A DNA stretch of 61,952 bases, the filler included, from Asterionella formosa (Eukaryota): NCBI GenBank assembly GCA_002256025.1. It is 7 parts of 7 records of this genome, joined end to end, with 100 filler letters (N's around TTAATTAATTAA, not from the genome) between each part and the next. Parts side by side here need not be neighbours in the genome. Positions count along the whole stretch, not along the records: positions 17,756 to 26,530 come from NKIB01011662.1; positions 26,631 to 35,397 come from NKIB01011667.1; positions 35,498 to 44,260 come from NKIB01011678.1; 4 more parts are not named here. One strand, given 5' to 3'. The notes beneath the pieces are model-generated. The model was not told the origin of the DNA, ran no database searches, and saw only the letters and a list, made by a program, of their open reading frames with translations. Made by a program: the position numbers and the translations under genes. Below, piece after piece: positions 24,881 through 37,410 of the stretch (the stretch's first letter is position 1; every line of letters begins with the position of its first letter).

Positions 24881-25027
24881 GAGGTGCAATCAATTGTGAA
24901 TGGTCTACCAGGACACACCTGGGTTGACATCCCATTTCTGGAACACACATCAGTATGAGGTACAATCAATCTTGAATGGTCTACCAGTACACAGGGGTTG
25001 ACATCCCATTTCTGGACACATCAGTAC
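24881..25027 (+). repeat. Tandem duplication of about 76/71 bp
   Basis: GAGGT(G/A)CAATCAAT..TGAATGGTCTACCAG..ACAC..GGGTTGACATCCCATTTCTGGA..CACATCAGTA occurs at 24881-24956 and 24957-25027. Confidence 0.9.
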
Positions 25028-25107
25028 CAATCAGAAACTTTTCACAGTTGTTAAAGCATTTGTGTTGAATCCACCATGAATCTGGCATGAACCTGCAGTC
25101 AACCAGT

Positions 25108-25884
25108 TCAATCCCGTGTTGATTTCCTCTTCTTACTTACTCCTTCGGCACTATCCTTGACGATCTCAGAAAGCTTCTGCAACAGCATCGTCAAGTTCGA
25201 TTCACTCCATTGACCTGACAAAGGTCCAATCTGTTTTGACCGTTCCGACAAATCGCGGTCCAGAAACTCGTCACAATCATGGGCATTTCCTGGCCATACG
25301 TACATGCACAATTCCTCAGTCACCCCGCATGACCCTGTCGACAAAATATGTTGGGATCCCGAAGCTAACGACGCGATGCCAAAGTTGGCTCCTGCTCCAA
25401 ACATGCCTATACCCATGCGTAGTGCCATGTCGGATCCATCCAACAGCAACGATGTTCCTAGTTCTTCCATGTTTCTGTATTCCATTGGTGAAATGAGGGC
25501 CACAGAGAGGTGTGGTGTCTGTGTGATTTGAAGATGATGTCGAACATTATTGAGCCATTCGTTGACCATCGACGGGGGTAACGTGCCCTCGGTCCTGACT
25601 GTTTCATGCAAAGGTTGGTTCCGACTGCAAGTAATTTTTTGTGCTGTATCTTCCTCGTTGTGGTAGTAACCGGTATTTGTGTCGATGCACATTGCGTCAG
25701 AATGAGATCGTTTGTTGTCGCTGCAACAGCCTTGCTCTCCGTATATCATTTTGGTAGTAGTTTCTTCATCGTTGTCGTTACAGTGGAGGTCGCCCTTGGT
25801 ATTCTTTTGGCGAAATTCTTCTTGGCTGACTTCACAGAATTCAACAGTACTGTCACTTCGCTTCTTGTTATTACGCGGCTCCAT
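25108..25884 (-). CDS. Hypothetical protein (about 258 aa; alternative start at 25974)
   Basis: The ORF has coding-like composition, a disordered N-half, a globular-looking C-half and a basic C-terminal NLS-like KKRKS. No family recognised. Confidence 0.65.
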   Translation of the reverse strand: MEPRNNKKRSDSTVEFCEVSQEEFRQKNTKGDLHCNDNDEETTTKMIYGEQGCCSDNKRSHSDAMCIDTNTGYYHNEEDTAQKITCSRNQPLHETVRTEGTLPPSMVNEWLNNVRHHLQITQTPHLSVALISPMEYRNMEELGTSLLLDGSDMALRMGIGMFGAGANFGIASLASGSQHILSTGSCGVTEELCMYVWPGNAHDCDEFLDRDLSERSKQIGPLSGQWSESNLTMLLQKLSEIVKDSAEGVSKKRKSTRD

Positions 25885-26530
25885 CAATTGCTGGTGATGG
25901 TTATGCTTGTCACAGTGCGCCTTCGATAGATTGATGTGCAGACTAACTCCAGTGCGTTCAACGCGAGAGCACATGAGGCTTTCAATAACGGCGCTTCCTT
26001 CGTCAGCTCCTCTATTAAAGTAATAAATCCCGGAAGACTGGCACTCCTACAGGCACGAAGATTTCTGTGAGTCAAAAAGACGAGCGATGTCGATCACACC
26101 GGTGAAAAATCGAGACCAGGAGAGGCTGGAGGTATTCGTGATTTTCATAGACTGGAACCAGGGTACCTGGTACCGGTATTCCTGCGACAAGGGATTCCAA
26201 TCATAGCGCACAAGGGAAAAGAGAAAATGAATCAGTATTAGGAGATAGGGAAACTCCGTACGTCCTCGCCATGTGGAAAATTGCTTATGATGTGTGTACT
26301 GTACTGTATCATGCACAGACCTCGCTTTTTTTCAAATATGATCTCTTGCGAAATTCTAGTCGCGCGTCCTGCTGCAAAGTTCGTGTTCGTCTGCGAAGTT
26401 GGATTACTTTTAATCACGCGATCTTTTGAGAACACATGCAACATGTTGAGCTTCCAACTAGATGCGACTAAAAGGGCAATTGAATTTGCTGGTAAAAAGA
26501 ATTCTAATTTCTTCGAATTGTTTTCAGCTA

Positions 26531-26630
26531 NNNNNNNNNNNNNNNNNNNNNNNNNNNNNNNNNNNNNNNNNNNNTTAATTAATTAANNNNNNNNNNNNNN
26601 NNNNNNNNNNNNNNNNNNNNNNNNNNNNNN
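26531..26630. other. Artificial contig spacer N44-TTAATTAATTAA-N44
   Basis: Linker at 26575-26586. Confidence 0.97.
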
Positions 26631-29600
26631 TTGGGTGCCACTGGAGCGGCCATGAATAAGCCATGAGAAAGATCCATGGGGAGAGCGGACTGATCCATCA
26701 GTGGCAACTTCAAAATTATTGGTTTTGATATCTTGGAGGAGTGGTAGAATATCGGGCGGGAAGGTAACCTGGCCGATATAATAATTGTCATAAGAAGAGA
26801 GAGATGAAAGGTAGGTGGAGAAGGTTGGTGGGAGATGTGATTCAGGGAGAAGGGAGGGGAGAATTCGAATATGGTGGGATAGAGTTTGCGGGAAGGGGAG
26901 CCAGGAAGAGACCGAAATTGGAATGGCGGAAGAGGGAAGAGTGGAGGTAAGGTTATTTGGAGTGGGTGTGAAGCGGAGCTGATTGTTCCGACGATAAGGG
27001 GAGAAGAGGGAAGGATCAGAGGGGAGGCGACAATAGAAGGTAGAAGATGATGGATGCAAATATGTCGGCCAGTGTTGGTGAGAGGGTCCAGTGGGAAGCC
27101 ATTTGAGGAGACAGCTTTGAGGGCGAAGGTGAGGGGAGCGAGATTTGATGGTGAAGAGGTGTGAAAGTAGGCGTCTCCAAATTGTCCAGCTGGTGGGGCC
27201 AGGGCGGGTTTGTTTGGGCCAGGAGAGATTGGAGACTCTATTGTTTTATCAATGTTGCTGCCTATACTGTCGACAATGTCGGACAGAGTGAGCACCTGCA
27301 GATACAGACGACATCTATTGAATTTGATGATGTCTGAGGCAGTGATAGAAAAAGTGGCTGCCAATGAAATTAATCTAGGCATGAGGTGACAATCATTCTG
27401 CCTCTCAAGGGGAAGGATCCAGGGATCAGAGATGGTAAGGAGGGCAGAGGTTTCATCCATAAAATCCCAAGTGATGGTAAGCCAAGAAGGTTCAATATAT
27501 TGTGCAATAGAAGAGTAGGGGTAAGTGAGAGGAGGGAGTGGAAAGCCAAGGTGGAGTTGAACGGTATCCAGCGTGATTCGGAGTAGAACACCGACATTGT
27601 CCTCTGCATTAAGATGGCCCAGCAAATAAGTGAGGTGTGTTGTCCCCTGGCTCACCCATAGTTCCGGAAGGTTGAAACCGCTAGAGTGAGAGGAGCCAAA
27701 GATCAGCGCTCTTGAAGTGGTGCTTGCTATTCCCATATGAGATAGAAAAGTGCCAGTGTAGGCTTTTTGAAGGCGGAGACACTGGTCTCTTGTGAAGGAA
27801 GTGACTGCTAGGGGATACTCTATGGCAGGACGCCACATTGCGCTGAAGGCGGTATAGACTTCTGTACGTGTTAATGGGGATTTTGCAATATTGGTTGCCC
27901 ATCATTGTTTGGCCTGGGTGAGACGAAATTCAAATTCTTGATGGAACGACCCATCAGGAGCAGGTCTTACTCCTAGGGATCGATGGCCCGTTGTGCATTC
28001 AAGTCGGGGAATGGTGGAGAGGAGTTGCGAGCGAGCTGAGATCATAGTGATGTGCAGGTGTGCAGTAGAAGCATTGGGTAATAGGGTGGGACAACCGTGC
28101 TTATCCTAGTGCCAGTCCATAAGATAATAAAAACATTTCTTTAGAGCAAGAGCTCCCCCACTGGCAAATAGCAAGCGCTTCCAGTGTTGGGCGACCTTTT
28201 GCATAGATGCCGTGATTTCCTAGCTGGATTGTGTATCTGAAGTTAGCCAGAGGTCAGCATCATCTACAAAAGCTTCGCCAGGTCGGCGAGAGTAAAGAAT
28301 AAGGCGGGGGCAGTGTGCTTTGAAGCCATCAGTAAGAGTGGTAAGGGCTTGGAAAAGAACATTACTAACACACATCCATATGCAGGGAGCTGCTCCACTT
28401 CCTTGCAGGACCCCCAGAATGAGAAGATTGCTAGTGGTTGCAAAGTAAGTGGGTGAAACCCCATAGGCCGTGCGGACAAAGAAATGCATTTCTAAGATAA
28501 TTGCTAGCATACAGGTGGCTGCAGAAGGCGGAATCCCAAAACGCTCTGTGGCCATAAATCCCAAGGACGGAATAACCCGATCGTAGCAGGCCTTAGCATC
28601 ATTATTGAAAACAATAGCTGTGGTTTGGCGAGCGCGAATATAATCATAGGAGACCACTTTTAAGAGGAGTGCACTCAGGCAGCCGTCTCCAGGAAGATTA
28701 CCAAAATTCCATTTTGTAAGAACGTAATAGGAGAGGGCATGATTTACTAGTCGCCTGCCCCAGAGGAGTCAAAAGGCCAGGTTCATATCTGCCTCGAGTA
28801 GCTGGATGACTCGCAAACAGTGTATCTGGGGGTCCCCTGAATCTTTTTCTAGCATAATCTGAATAGCAGTGCGCCAGCGACTTGGTGCAAAGCCAATTCT
28901 AAAGGGGAGACTGATCATCGTGGCAATTAGACCAGACAGCCTTTCATCTCGAGCAAGAACTTTGTAGTGGGAAAGGTGACGGCCAGAGGGGCTGGACGCT
29001 GTGTGTTCAGGAATTTTCTTGAAGCTAGGTCGAAAATTCTCTCCAGTGATGGTGATATCAATGGAATCAATGCCATGGAGAGATGTGGGTTTAGCCATTG
29101 TTTGAAGAAAAAGGCTAACCTCCTCAATCGGCTCAATGCTGGGAGTGACGAAAGTGCCTGCCAATATTTCATCTGTGTACTTATTCCGGGAGAATGGGGG
29201 AATGAAAGTGCTCAGGCGGCCACTAGCTCCAGGGGAAGAGGTGGCCTGGCTGAAGTGTTCTTTGTTTTGATTGATAATCGCTGTGAACAGTTGTGAGGAT
29301 GTTGTTCAGAGCAATTTCTGCATTATGTGCGGTGCGCAGTGATTTCGAGTGGGCCTGACACTCATTAAGCTTTAGACGTGAAGCTTGAAGACAATTTGTC
29401 AGGTAATCTAGATACTGTCTATGGTCAAGAAGGGTGGGTAGGTCTGGAAATTTAAGAGTAGAGAGATTTGATAGGCTTGCCAGAGAATCACCAAAGCGGA
29501 TAAGATCGGCGCATCGCTTTTTCCAAAAAAGGTAGTCCTGTCCACAGCGCATCAGTTTGGGAGACCAGGGATAGCCATATGAAGCTCGGGCTGATCGTCG

Positions 29601-30788
29601 TTCAGCATTCAGAAGAGCTGCTGTGATATCTCTGTCGAGTGATTCATAAGCTGCTTGAATTTCCTGTAAGGAGTTGTTTGAAAGATTAAGATGGACAAGA
29701 AGGTTGAGTCGATCAAATACTTTGTGCGAGGTAAGGTATTCGTTGACTGCCCCTAGATATTTGGCACATTGGCCTGGGTTGCTAAGACGGAGCAGGCGGT
29801 GGCTGGGAGCAGTGGGGTCTGTCGAGCTATCCTGGAAGAGTAGTTTTTCGTCGAGATCTACATAGAGCGCTCGATGATTGCTATGGGGGCTTTGGTGAAA
29901 ACTCAGAATACCACCCCTTTGGACTGCTGAGAGGAGAAGTGGAGTGCCATGGATAAAGTCAATGTGGCGTCCTCTGGAAGAGGTTGATGCATGGGATGGA
30001 ATGCCGCGGGAGGATAGAAGATCAGTGAGAGAGCATGTACGCAGGAAGAGGGCGATATCAGAATCTGATGCAAGAGAGTTTGCATCCCACATCAAGAGAA
30101 CCTCATGATTTTTGGCTGTAAGGGAAATAATGAATGTTTGGAGAGATTGAAGCATTGAGAGCTGTGGATTGGGGTTATTGTCTTTGTAATGTTCAATTAA
30201 GTGGGAATGCTGATGCTCATATGCTGTTTGTGGGCCTGATCTTTGATTCTGACAGACTCGGTAAGCTGTTATAAATGTCAGGCGGTTATGAGAGTGTGAT
30301 CGGAGTGTCTGGTAGCTCCATCTGCCTAGAGGATCACTACCTGTGGCTAGAACTCTTCCGCTGCATCTGCCTGTGATGAATTGTAATGTGCCTCCAGCCT
30401 GGGATATAGTGGTCAAGGGAACAGCATTGGGGGTGTGAGCTGCCGCTAAATGACGGTGGGGCCATTGGGCCTTGATTGAATCGGTGATAGATTGACAAGT
30501 GGAGTGATGGGACCAGTTGATATTGGTTTCAGAGAGACCAACTACTGTCGGGTGAAGTGATGCTATCTGGTTGAGATAGGTGAATCGTTCATAGTAATCT
30601 CTGTTTAAAGTATTACAGTTCTGGAATAAGATGCGGATATGACAACAAGAGGAGGGCTCTTGTAGTGGATCTCTCCATGAGTTCTGTGGTTGAACAGTTG
30701 CACGACAAAGAGAAGTAAAGTCAGGGATGGGTTGAAAGTGTCTAGAAATTCTTTGTGTCCATGATGCTTGGGATGGAGGCGGCGCCAT
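26631..30788 (-). pseudogene. LINE ORF2 (APE-RT-RNase H), disrupted
   Basis: APE motifs: ILFQNCN, GLSETN, FITAYR, LMWDAN, IDFIHG, SNHRALYVD. RT motifs: SPSGRHLSHYK, LRVIQLLEADMN, NNDAKACYDR, GVLQGSGAAP, AFVDDADL, SLGV. RNase H start: VATDGSVRSPHGSFSW. Frameshift/deletions near 29300 and 27240; in-frame stops at 28769, 28220 and about 28107. Confidence 0.9.
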
Positions 30789-30822
30789 CTGCTCACCAAG
30801 AGGAGCAGAATTGCCAAGCCTA

Positions 30823-33051
30823 CTAATCTTCGCTGTCGTCTCCCCCAGTTATCATAGGTGTGGGTTGAGACGACTCTGCTGCTGAGATTTGTGAGACAGG
30901 GGGGTGGAAGTGAAAGACTAGTTGCTGGCGGATATTTTCAGAGATGGCATTGCCAAATTCAGAGGAATTGATTGTGCTTGATACCTCTCTTGTAATGAGT
31001 GCAGAAATTTGAGGGAGTACTTCTTCCTGCAGGGAAACTTTTATGGTGGCTTCAATGGCTGCGCGGAGAGCGGAGAGGGAAAAAGGCGGTGTTGAGTGCT
31101 CCAGGCTTATGACTAATGCTGCGATATCAGTGGTGTCAGAAGTGGGAGTGGGGGCAAGAGGAACTTGAGTAGCAATATGAGTGGTCAGGGTGTCAACTTG
31201 GGCTTGAAGCGTTAATAATGTAGTGGTCAGTGATTGGAGCTCAGAGTTTGTGGTGGTTTCAAATGCTGTGGATAGTGTGGTACTGGAAAGTGAAGGTGGA
31301 GAATTATACCATGGATTGGGGGTCAGGGCCGGATATGTTGTTTCAGAGGGATGAGGGTGATTGGATGAGTGGGCAGAGGGGGAAGGGACGGGTCCTCTAT
31401 GGTTTCGGCGCCCTCTGCTGCCTTTACCATAGCGTGAGACAGGTCGTGACCTATTGTGGGAGGTTGGGTTGGGGAGAGCCGGCGTGTCAGAAAGGTCATA
31501 GGGGGTGAAATCGAGAAGATGAGAGAGAGTTGTGTTGGAGTGAGAAAGGAGATCTTCCAATGTTTGAGTGGTGTGGTGGTGGTTGGGTGCCAGCCACACA
31601 TCTTCAGGGGTCAGGGTTGGATAGATTTGTCTCAGAGTTGGAAAGAGAGTTTCTATAAGAGATTCTAGGTAGCTAACATTAGAATAGTGAGTGCAAAAAA
31701 AGAGTACAGATGGATTGGCTGGATCTGTTTCAAGGCTACGGAGAAGACATTGGGAGCCAGGAGAGGGTTCAGGGAAGCTAAGAAGTGCGCCGCCTAAGGT
31801 TTCAAATGTGTCAGGAAAGACATGTGTGAGGGGAAGGAGACCAGTGATGCGGACTGCCTCTTCATTGGCTTGAAATTCTTGCTGCTCTTGCATCTTTTGA
31901 GCGTATGACTGGTCTGATAAACCTAAAAAGTGTGGTGAAAGGAAAATCATGGTGCGTTGGAATGGGTACCTGGTGGGGAACTTCGACTGTTCATCAGGTG
32001 ACAAGATTTCTTGGAGAAGACGATGTGCATTGGACTGATAGGGTGGGGAAGTGCAGATAACAATAGTATATGTGGAGATGGAGGTATAACAACCAGGGCC
32101 ATTGACTTGTCTCCAAAGGCAGACAAAAGGGATTGCAATCTGTAGCTCTGCCAAAGCCAGTGCTGTTAGTTGCGATTGTATAGCGCGACAATTCATCTTT
32201 TTGGACGAGTATAGTAGCCAACCACAGTCAACCGGGACATCTCCATGAAATTGGTCGCGCCGCAATGTCCATTGAGGGTGGGAAGTGGATACTGTAGTTA
32301 AAAGAGATTGAATGGGTTGACAGGTACGAAGATGAATTTGGCCTTTGACTACATGGTCTGGGAGTGTGCGACCACCACGGAGAAGAGACGAAAAATTGTT
32401 GAATCGGATAAATGATTGAAGCGAGGCAACTGAAGTGGGTATTGGGGAGTCCCAAGTGATCTGCTTGTCAAGTTTTCCAGTGACAGAGAGTAGGAGAGCA
32501 TAGCTATCATGGAAGAATATGGCAGTGAGGAGGGATCGGACTGTTGTTGCGATTTGATCAGAGGAATAATTGACTGGAAGTGGAGTGATCTGTGGGAGGG
32601 GAACACTGAAGAAGAGCCAGGCTTGAAGGAATGAGGCTTCGGGAGGAGAGTTGGCGGTGCTGGGTGGAGGGAGAATAGAAGGGGAAGTAGCAGTAAATAC
32701 AGTGCCACCAGTGGAGACAGCAGAGTTGCGCTTTGGAGCAGGATTGGGTGATGGATCAGTGGTGGTTCCGGCCGTTGCAGTGCGCTTCTTCGTGTTGCCA
32801 TGATCAGAACGAGAGGAGGAGGTAGGAGTGGGCTCTGGGCAAGAGGGGAGGGTCGATGATGGAAGCGGCTGGCGCTTAAAAAAAGTATTACATGTTGACT
32901 GAACCTTGTTTTTTGTCTTTGTGAGGTTGGTGAGGGAGAATTTCAATGGGGTTTTCTTCTGATTCACTGTGGGGGTGGGGGGAAGGTATACAGAGGGTAG
33001 CGGAGGGGGAGGGATAGGAGCAGCCGATGCGGCGTTGTCCGAAGTGGACAT
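30823..33051 (-). CDS. LINE ORF1 protein (742 aa)
   Basis: Uninterrupted ORF directly upstream of ORF2 on the same strand. It has Pro/Ser/Thr-rich ends, a central domain containing CGWLLYS and a coiled-coil-like C-terminal segment. Confidence 0.8.
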   Translation of the reverse strand: MSTSDNAASAAPIPPPPLPSVYLPPTPTVNQKKTPLKFSLTNLTKTKNKVQSTCNTFFKRQPLPSSTLPSCPEPTPTSSSRSDHGNTKKRTATAGTTTDPSPNPAPKRNSAVSTGGTVFTATSPSILPPPSTANSPPEASFLQAWLFFSVPLPQITPLPVNYSSDQIATTVRSLLTAIFFHDSYALLLSVTGKLDKQITWDSPIPTSVASLQSFIRFNNFSSLLRGGRTLPDHVVKGQIHLRTCQPIQSLLTTVSTSHPQWTLRRDQFHGDVPVDCGWLLYSSKKMNCRAIQSQLTALALAELQIAIPFVCLWRQVNGPGCYTSISTYTIVICTSPPYQSNAHRLLQEILSPDEQSKFPTRYPFQRTMIFLSPHFLGLSDQSYAQKMQEQQEFQANEEAVRITGLLPLTHVFPDTFETLGGALLSFPEPSPGSQCLLRSLETDPANPSVLFFCTHYSNVSYLESLIETLFPTLRQIYPTLTPEDVWLAPNHHHTTQTLEDLLSHSNTTLSHLLDFTPYDLSDTPALPNPTSHNRSRPVSRYGKGSRGRRNHRGPVPSPSAHSSNHPHPSETTYPALTPNPWYNSPPSLSSTTLSTAFETTTNSELQSLTTTLLTLQAQVDTLTTHIATQVPLAPTPTSDTTDIAALVISLEHSTPPFSLSALRAAIEATIKVSLQEEVLPQISALITREVSSTINSSEFGNAISENIRQQLVFHFHPPVSQISAAESSQPTPMITGGDDSED

Positions 33052-33262
33052 GATGGAGAGAGTTTTGGTCAGCGGCAGCGTGTAGCAGCGCCCGTAGACT
33101 GAGTACTGGAGTGAAATGTATGTTAGAGAAGTAGGGAACCCGGAGGTGAGTACGCAACTATGTTGAAACTAAAAAATTATTAGATGATATAACGAAAAAT
33201 TATGATCAGATGATCACAATCCTATGATGCATCATGGAAATATGATAGTTTTTATTTGCAGA

Positions 33263-33920
33263 CGACAGTTACGGATACCCTCACCTTCGTACTAGGTGGT
33301 ATACTGATACCATGTTTCCCAAGGACAAGGTGAAGTTGGTGAGGGGACACACATGTGCACAACTTTTCTGTAATGATCAGGGTTTGGCCAAGGTGTATCC
33401 AATGCGCTCTGAGGCAGATTGAGGGAATAGATTCAATGAAGCCATCCGGCAATATGGAATTCCAGAACTAGTTATCCACTCAGACAATGCAGCTGCGGAA
33501 ACGGGGGACTTCACAGAGTTCGAGAGAGTCCGGAAGACCCACTTAGTTCCTTTAGAGCGAGATCGAACAATTCAAGACGTATTGGCGTTGTATCATGAAT
33601 AGGTACAGATGTACAGACATGCTATGGTGTTTTGCAGCGGAATATACCTCCAACATCCGTGAGCTCATGTCTAGACCTGCACTTGAGGGTCGATCTCCAC
33701 ACGAAGTGATGACAGGTGAGACTCCTGATATTTCGGAGTATACAGATTTCGATTTCTATCAGTTTGTGATTTACTATGATCCCAATGATATGGACGAAAG
33801 TGGCCTGGCCCAACAGAAACTTGGGAGATGGCTCAGCCCATCCAAGAGCGTTGGGCAAGCGAATGGGCGGTACATCGCTTGGTCGACTGTGAGGCCGATT
33901 GTCGATGATGATTATTTATA
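33263..33920 (+). mobile_element. Ty1/Copia (diatom CoDi-type) integrase fragment
   Basis: Reads QLRYPHLRTRWYTDTMF...GHTCAQLF...VYPMRSE...QYGIPE..HSDNA..E, then LWCFAAEY...GRSPHEVMTGETPDISEYTDFDFYQFVIYYD...KLGRWL. One stop and a deletion/frameshift; no LTRs seen. Confidence 0.9.
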
Positions 33921-34039
33921 GAAGGAGATACGAAAATGTGCGTAACAGACTACTGTCCACATAGCTAGCTACAGTTATAGAATGATTCTGATTAAAATTA
34001 CTTTCATTTTCATATAGCTCACTCATTTTTGCATTTGGC

Positions 34040-34500
34040 ATACTGTACTTGAATTTACTATTGAACTTGTCCACATCTTTGATACCATCAAGAGAGCGAA
34101 AGCAAGTGGCTCTTTTCATTGTTGTTTGCTCATAGGAAGAATTTGATATCTGTATCGTCATTTGCTTGTTGGAATTGTCCATTGTCTCAAACCTGCTTGG
34201 CGTGTGCGTACACACACTGTCGACTTGTTTTCAATGGTATGTTGTTCTTGTATTCACTGTTGAACTTGTCCGCATCTTTGTTATCATCAATAGAGCGACA
34301 AGTGGGTTTCTTCATTGTTGTTTGCTCCTGGAAAAGTCGGTGTCCGTGTCCGTGTCCGTGTCCGTGTCATCCTCATCAATAGAGAGACAAGTTCTTTCGC
34401 TGGAAAAATTGGTACTCGTGGTATCATTATTCGCTCCTTGGAACCACTGTCCGTTGCCTCAAATCTGTTAAGCGTGAGGGTATGTGCACTTTCGACTTTA
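34040..34500 (+). repeat. Diverged direct repeats of about 190-270 bp containing a (TGTCCG)4 microsatellite
   Basis: TTGAACTTGTCC(A/G)CATCTTTG...TTCATTGTTGTTTGCTC at about 34061 and 34260. TTGGAA..TGTCC.TTG.CTCAAA..TG...TCGACTT at about 34169 and 34438. Microsatellite at 34341-34366. Confidence 0.8.
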
Positions 34501-35397
34501 GTACATTACAGGCGGAGTGACTTGTTAGCTACTAAATTGCGTGATATAATAATATACCCTGTAGCACGATGCATAATACAGTTGCTTCCCAATCATCTCA
34601 TCATGATTGATAAGATGATAATGTGATATCATGATAGGGTTACATCGATGCATACATTACCAAAGTATGATACGTAATATTGAATAAAGTACATCACATA
34701 GCTATGATGCAGCGATCATAGAACTGTGATGATTTTTTAAAATGTATATCATATAATATTGATCAAAATATGATTATGTAAAAATAGTACAATGACAATA
34801 AAGTACGATAAAATATGTACGCAAGTGATACCAAGACATCATAGAATATAAATCAAGCAATCATAAATTATGTTAATAAATAGATATGTTTGTCGTTTAA
34901 TGTATACAGTGAAAGTCAACACTTAATATGATAGTATTATACAGTGGATAGGATCTAAGTATACGGATGGGTTGATATGTTCATCACTATAATATGATTT
35001 GCGATATGGATTGATGCATATCACATACTGGTATCCTCAATAACCAGCCATCACGTTCATTGTCGTGTTGTATTTCATTGGTTTAGCTATATATATGCCG
35101 GCATTTGTATTGTGTAAACACTACGCTGGCGGAACATGCATATTACACTGCTGTGCTCTGTTCAACAATTACTACACTCGGTTACTACTATCACACCAGT
35201 TCCACCTTCACAAGCGCCGCAATAAGCTCCGCGAAAAGCTCCGCGTTTCCTTTCCACTGTTTTACTTCACAGTCTTCTGGCCCTTTGACAACTTTCCAAA
35301 TGGCATTTCATGGATTTCATGGAAAGGATCAGTCAAACAAGAAACGAGACTTACTTCCATTGTTTACAATACACGACTTTATGTTTTCGGAAAAGAA

Positions 35398-35497
35398 NNN
35401 NNNNNNNNNNNNNNNNNNNNNNNNNNNNNNNNNNNNNNNNNTTAATTAATTAANNNNNNNNNNNNNNNNNNNNNNNNNNNNNNNNNNNNNNNNNNNN
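35398..35497. other. Artificial contig spacer N44-TTAATTAATTAA-N44
   Basis: Linker at 35442-35453. Confidence 0.97.
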
Positions 35498-36229
35498 GAT
35501 TCTTCTTGAATTGAATTATTTTATGGCTGCTGTGAGCAATGATTCATGCAACAAAGAAATAAGAATAATAAAATAGGAAGTGCATCATCAATGGGATTGA
35601 TCACAATGCAATCACTACATACCTGTATGTACCAGTATACCGTAGTCTTTTATTATATTTGTAGAACAACACATGATATGCACCAGGTAGACTACCGCTA
35701 TACCGGTAGTAGAATCTAATATTGTATGTACTCTACCGCGGGTACCAGGCACCAGGTACCTACTCTAACTCAGTACTGAGTACTCCGTACTACCAGGTAC
35801 CCTGGTACCAGGTAGTAGCTAAATTGATGTTTTGGACTAAATATGCTAGTTATGAACATGATTATTCAAGCAATCACGTTGAAGTGATTCATTTACCTGT
35901 AAATGACCCATTTACCTGTAAACAAAACAATCACAAATGGCATAGCAGTTAGGAGTAGCTGTTTTCTCGTGTCTCCACAAACATGTGCATCACATCAGAC
36001 TCAGCAAAATTTAGCAGTGTGCACTTCAATCTCAAACAACAATGACAAATCGACATGAAGAACCCAACAGTTGGGCTGGCATTGACACACTTGATTCAGA
36101 ATAGGAGGTACAAGATTAACAGAGCATTCTGTTTCTTGCAGCAGTTTTATTTTCATTTGTGGATTCCTTTGGAAACTTGAAGCCATTGTGATTAGCATCA
36201 GCAAAATTGGAGCATCAATGACTTGACTG

Positions 36230-37410
36230 AAATGATCATGTCACAAAGCTTCTCCTTGAGCGAGAATAGGTTTCATTGTGAATATATTATGTACTTTCAA
36301 GTGTTCAATCACTGACTGGAATTACTTTGACATTCCATCACAGTTAATACTGTCAAATCAAATGCAAGTTCCAGTATATACAGCACAAATCAGCATATTT
36401 ATCTCAAGTTGATCCTCGCCATTGTCCTTTGCTTGCTTGTTAATGGGGACGATGCTTGTTAATGGGGACGAAAAGCCTCATTGACATTTGCCATGATGTT
36501 CATGGAATTTCTCATCAATCTGTTTCTGCAATCACTCAAATGTTCCTTGATGCTGTGAACTGCCTCCTGCAGAGAATTATCAATTAGATTCCCTGCAACA
36601 AACAACAAACAGGCAGAAACAAGCAGTGATGAATGAATTTCTTGAAAAAAGCGAGCAACAACTATTTTGCGGATGCATGCATTGGTGCTATATATGGGTA
36701 TTTACAGCCTATCAGCCACCAAACCAAGAAAAAGGGATTGTGATGGCTTCCCTCAAGCATATTGTTTGGTCTGGGCATTATATGTCATATGTATTAAATG
36801 TTCAAGCTATTTGTGACAGTAATTGTTGTTTCCCATACTTTGGTGTGGTGGCACCAGGAAAATGTTCAAATCAGAAGACATTTGAAAGAACATAGCTTTT
36901 TTCAGATTATATTCAACCTTCAATTAGGATAATTCATAGTAGCTGATCCTGCTTATACATCGACTAACGAACAAATCCTCTGTCCTTTTGTTGGAAGTCA
37001 AAGAGAATCATCAAACAAGCAAGGATTCATAGAACTATTTCCTTTTACAACGACGCAGTAGTATTATTGAGATGATGTTTGGGTTCTTGCTTACCAATAA
37101 ATGGAGAATCCTAAGGAAATCCTTGTCCTTTAGCCTGAAGAAATCAGTTGGTTTTCTTTGTGCTTGTGGCAGCTTACACAGATTTTTATTTACTCAGCAT
37201 GGATGATGATAAAAAGAAGGAATTTGGTAATGGTTTGAATTTTTGAATCTTTGGAGTTTTTTGATGCAATACCCAATCCTCCTCTTGGGTGGGCTACTAT
37301 CTTCCAACTGTCAGGAAATTGGATGTAGTACAAGGTACTTTACAAATTCGACAATCAAGATCTTAGGGTTGGACGAAGAACTATTTGCGCCAATGACATG
37401 AACTGACAGA
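36230..37410 (+). mobile_element. Second PIF/Harbinger (HARBI1-like, DDE_Tnp_4) transposase pseudogene
   Basis: Fragments read DICHDVHGIS, FCGC..A, SGHYMSYVLNVQAICD...FGVVAPGKCSNQKTF, IVADPAYT, ILCPFVGSQ, NYFL..R..IEMMFG and NKWRIL. Many stops, and a 19-bp internal duplication at 36434-36471. Confidence 0.85.

Larger units (their letters stand above)
26631..33157 (-). mobile_element. Non-LTR retrotransposon (LINE), Ambal-like: ORF1 plus ORF2 (APE endonuclease, RT, RNase H); 3' end cut by the contig boundary
   Basis: Two tandem minus-strand ORFs 34 bp apart carry APE, RT and RNase H motifs. The sense strand is strongly C/T-rich, and this composition ends abruptly near 33157. Confidence 0.92.
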
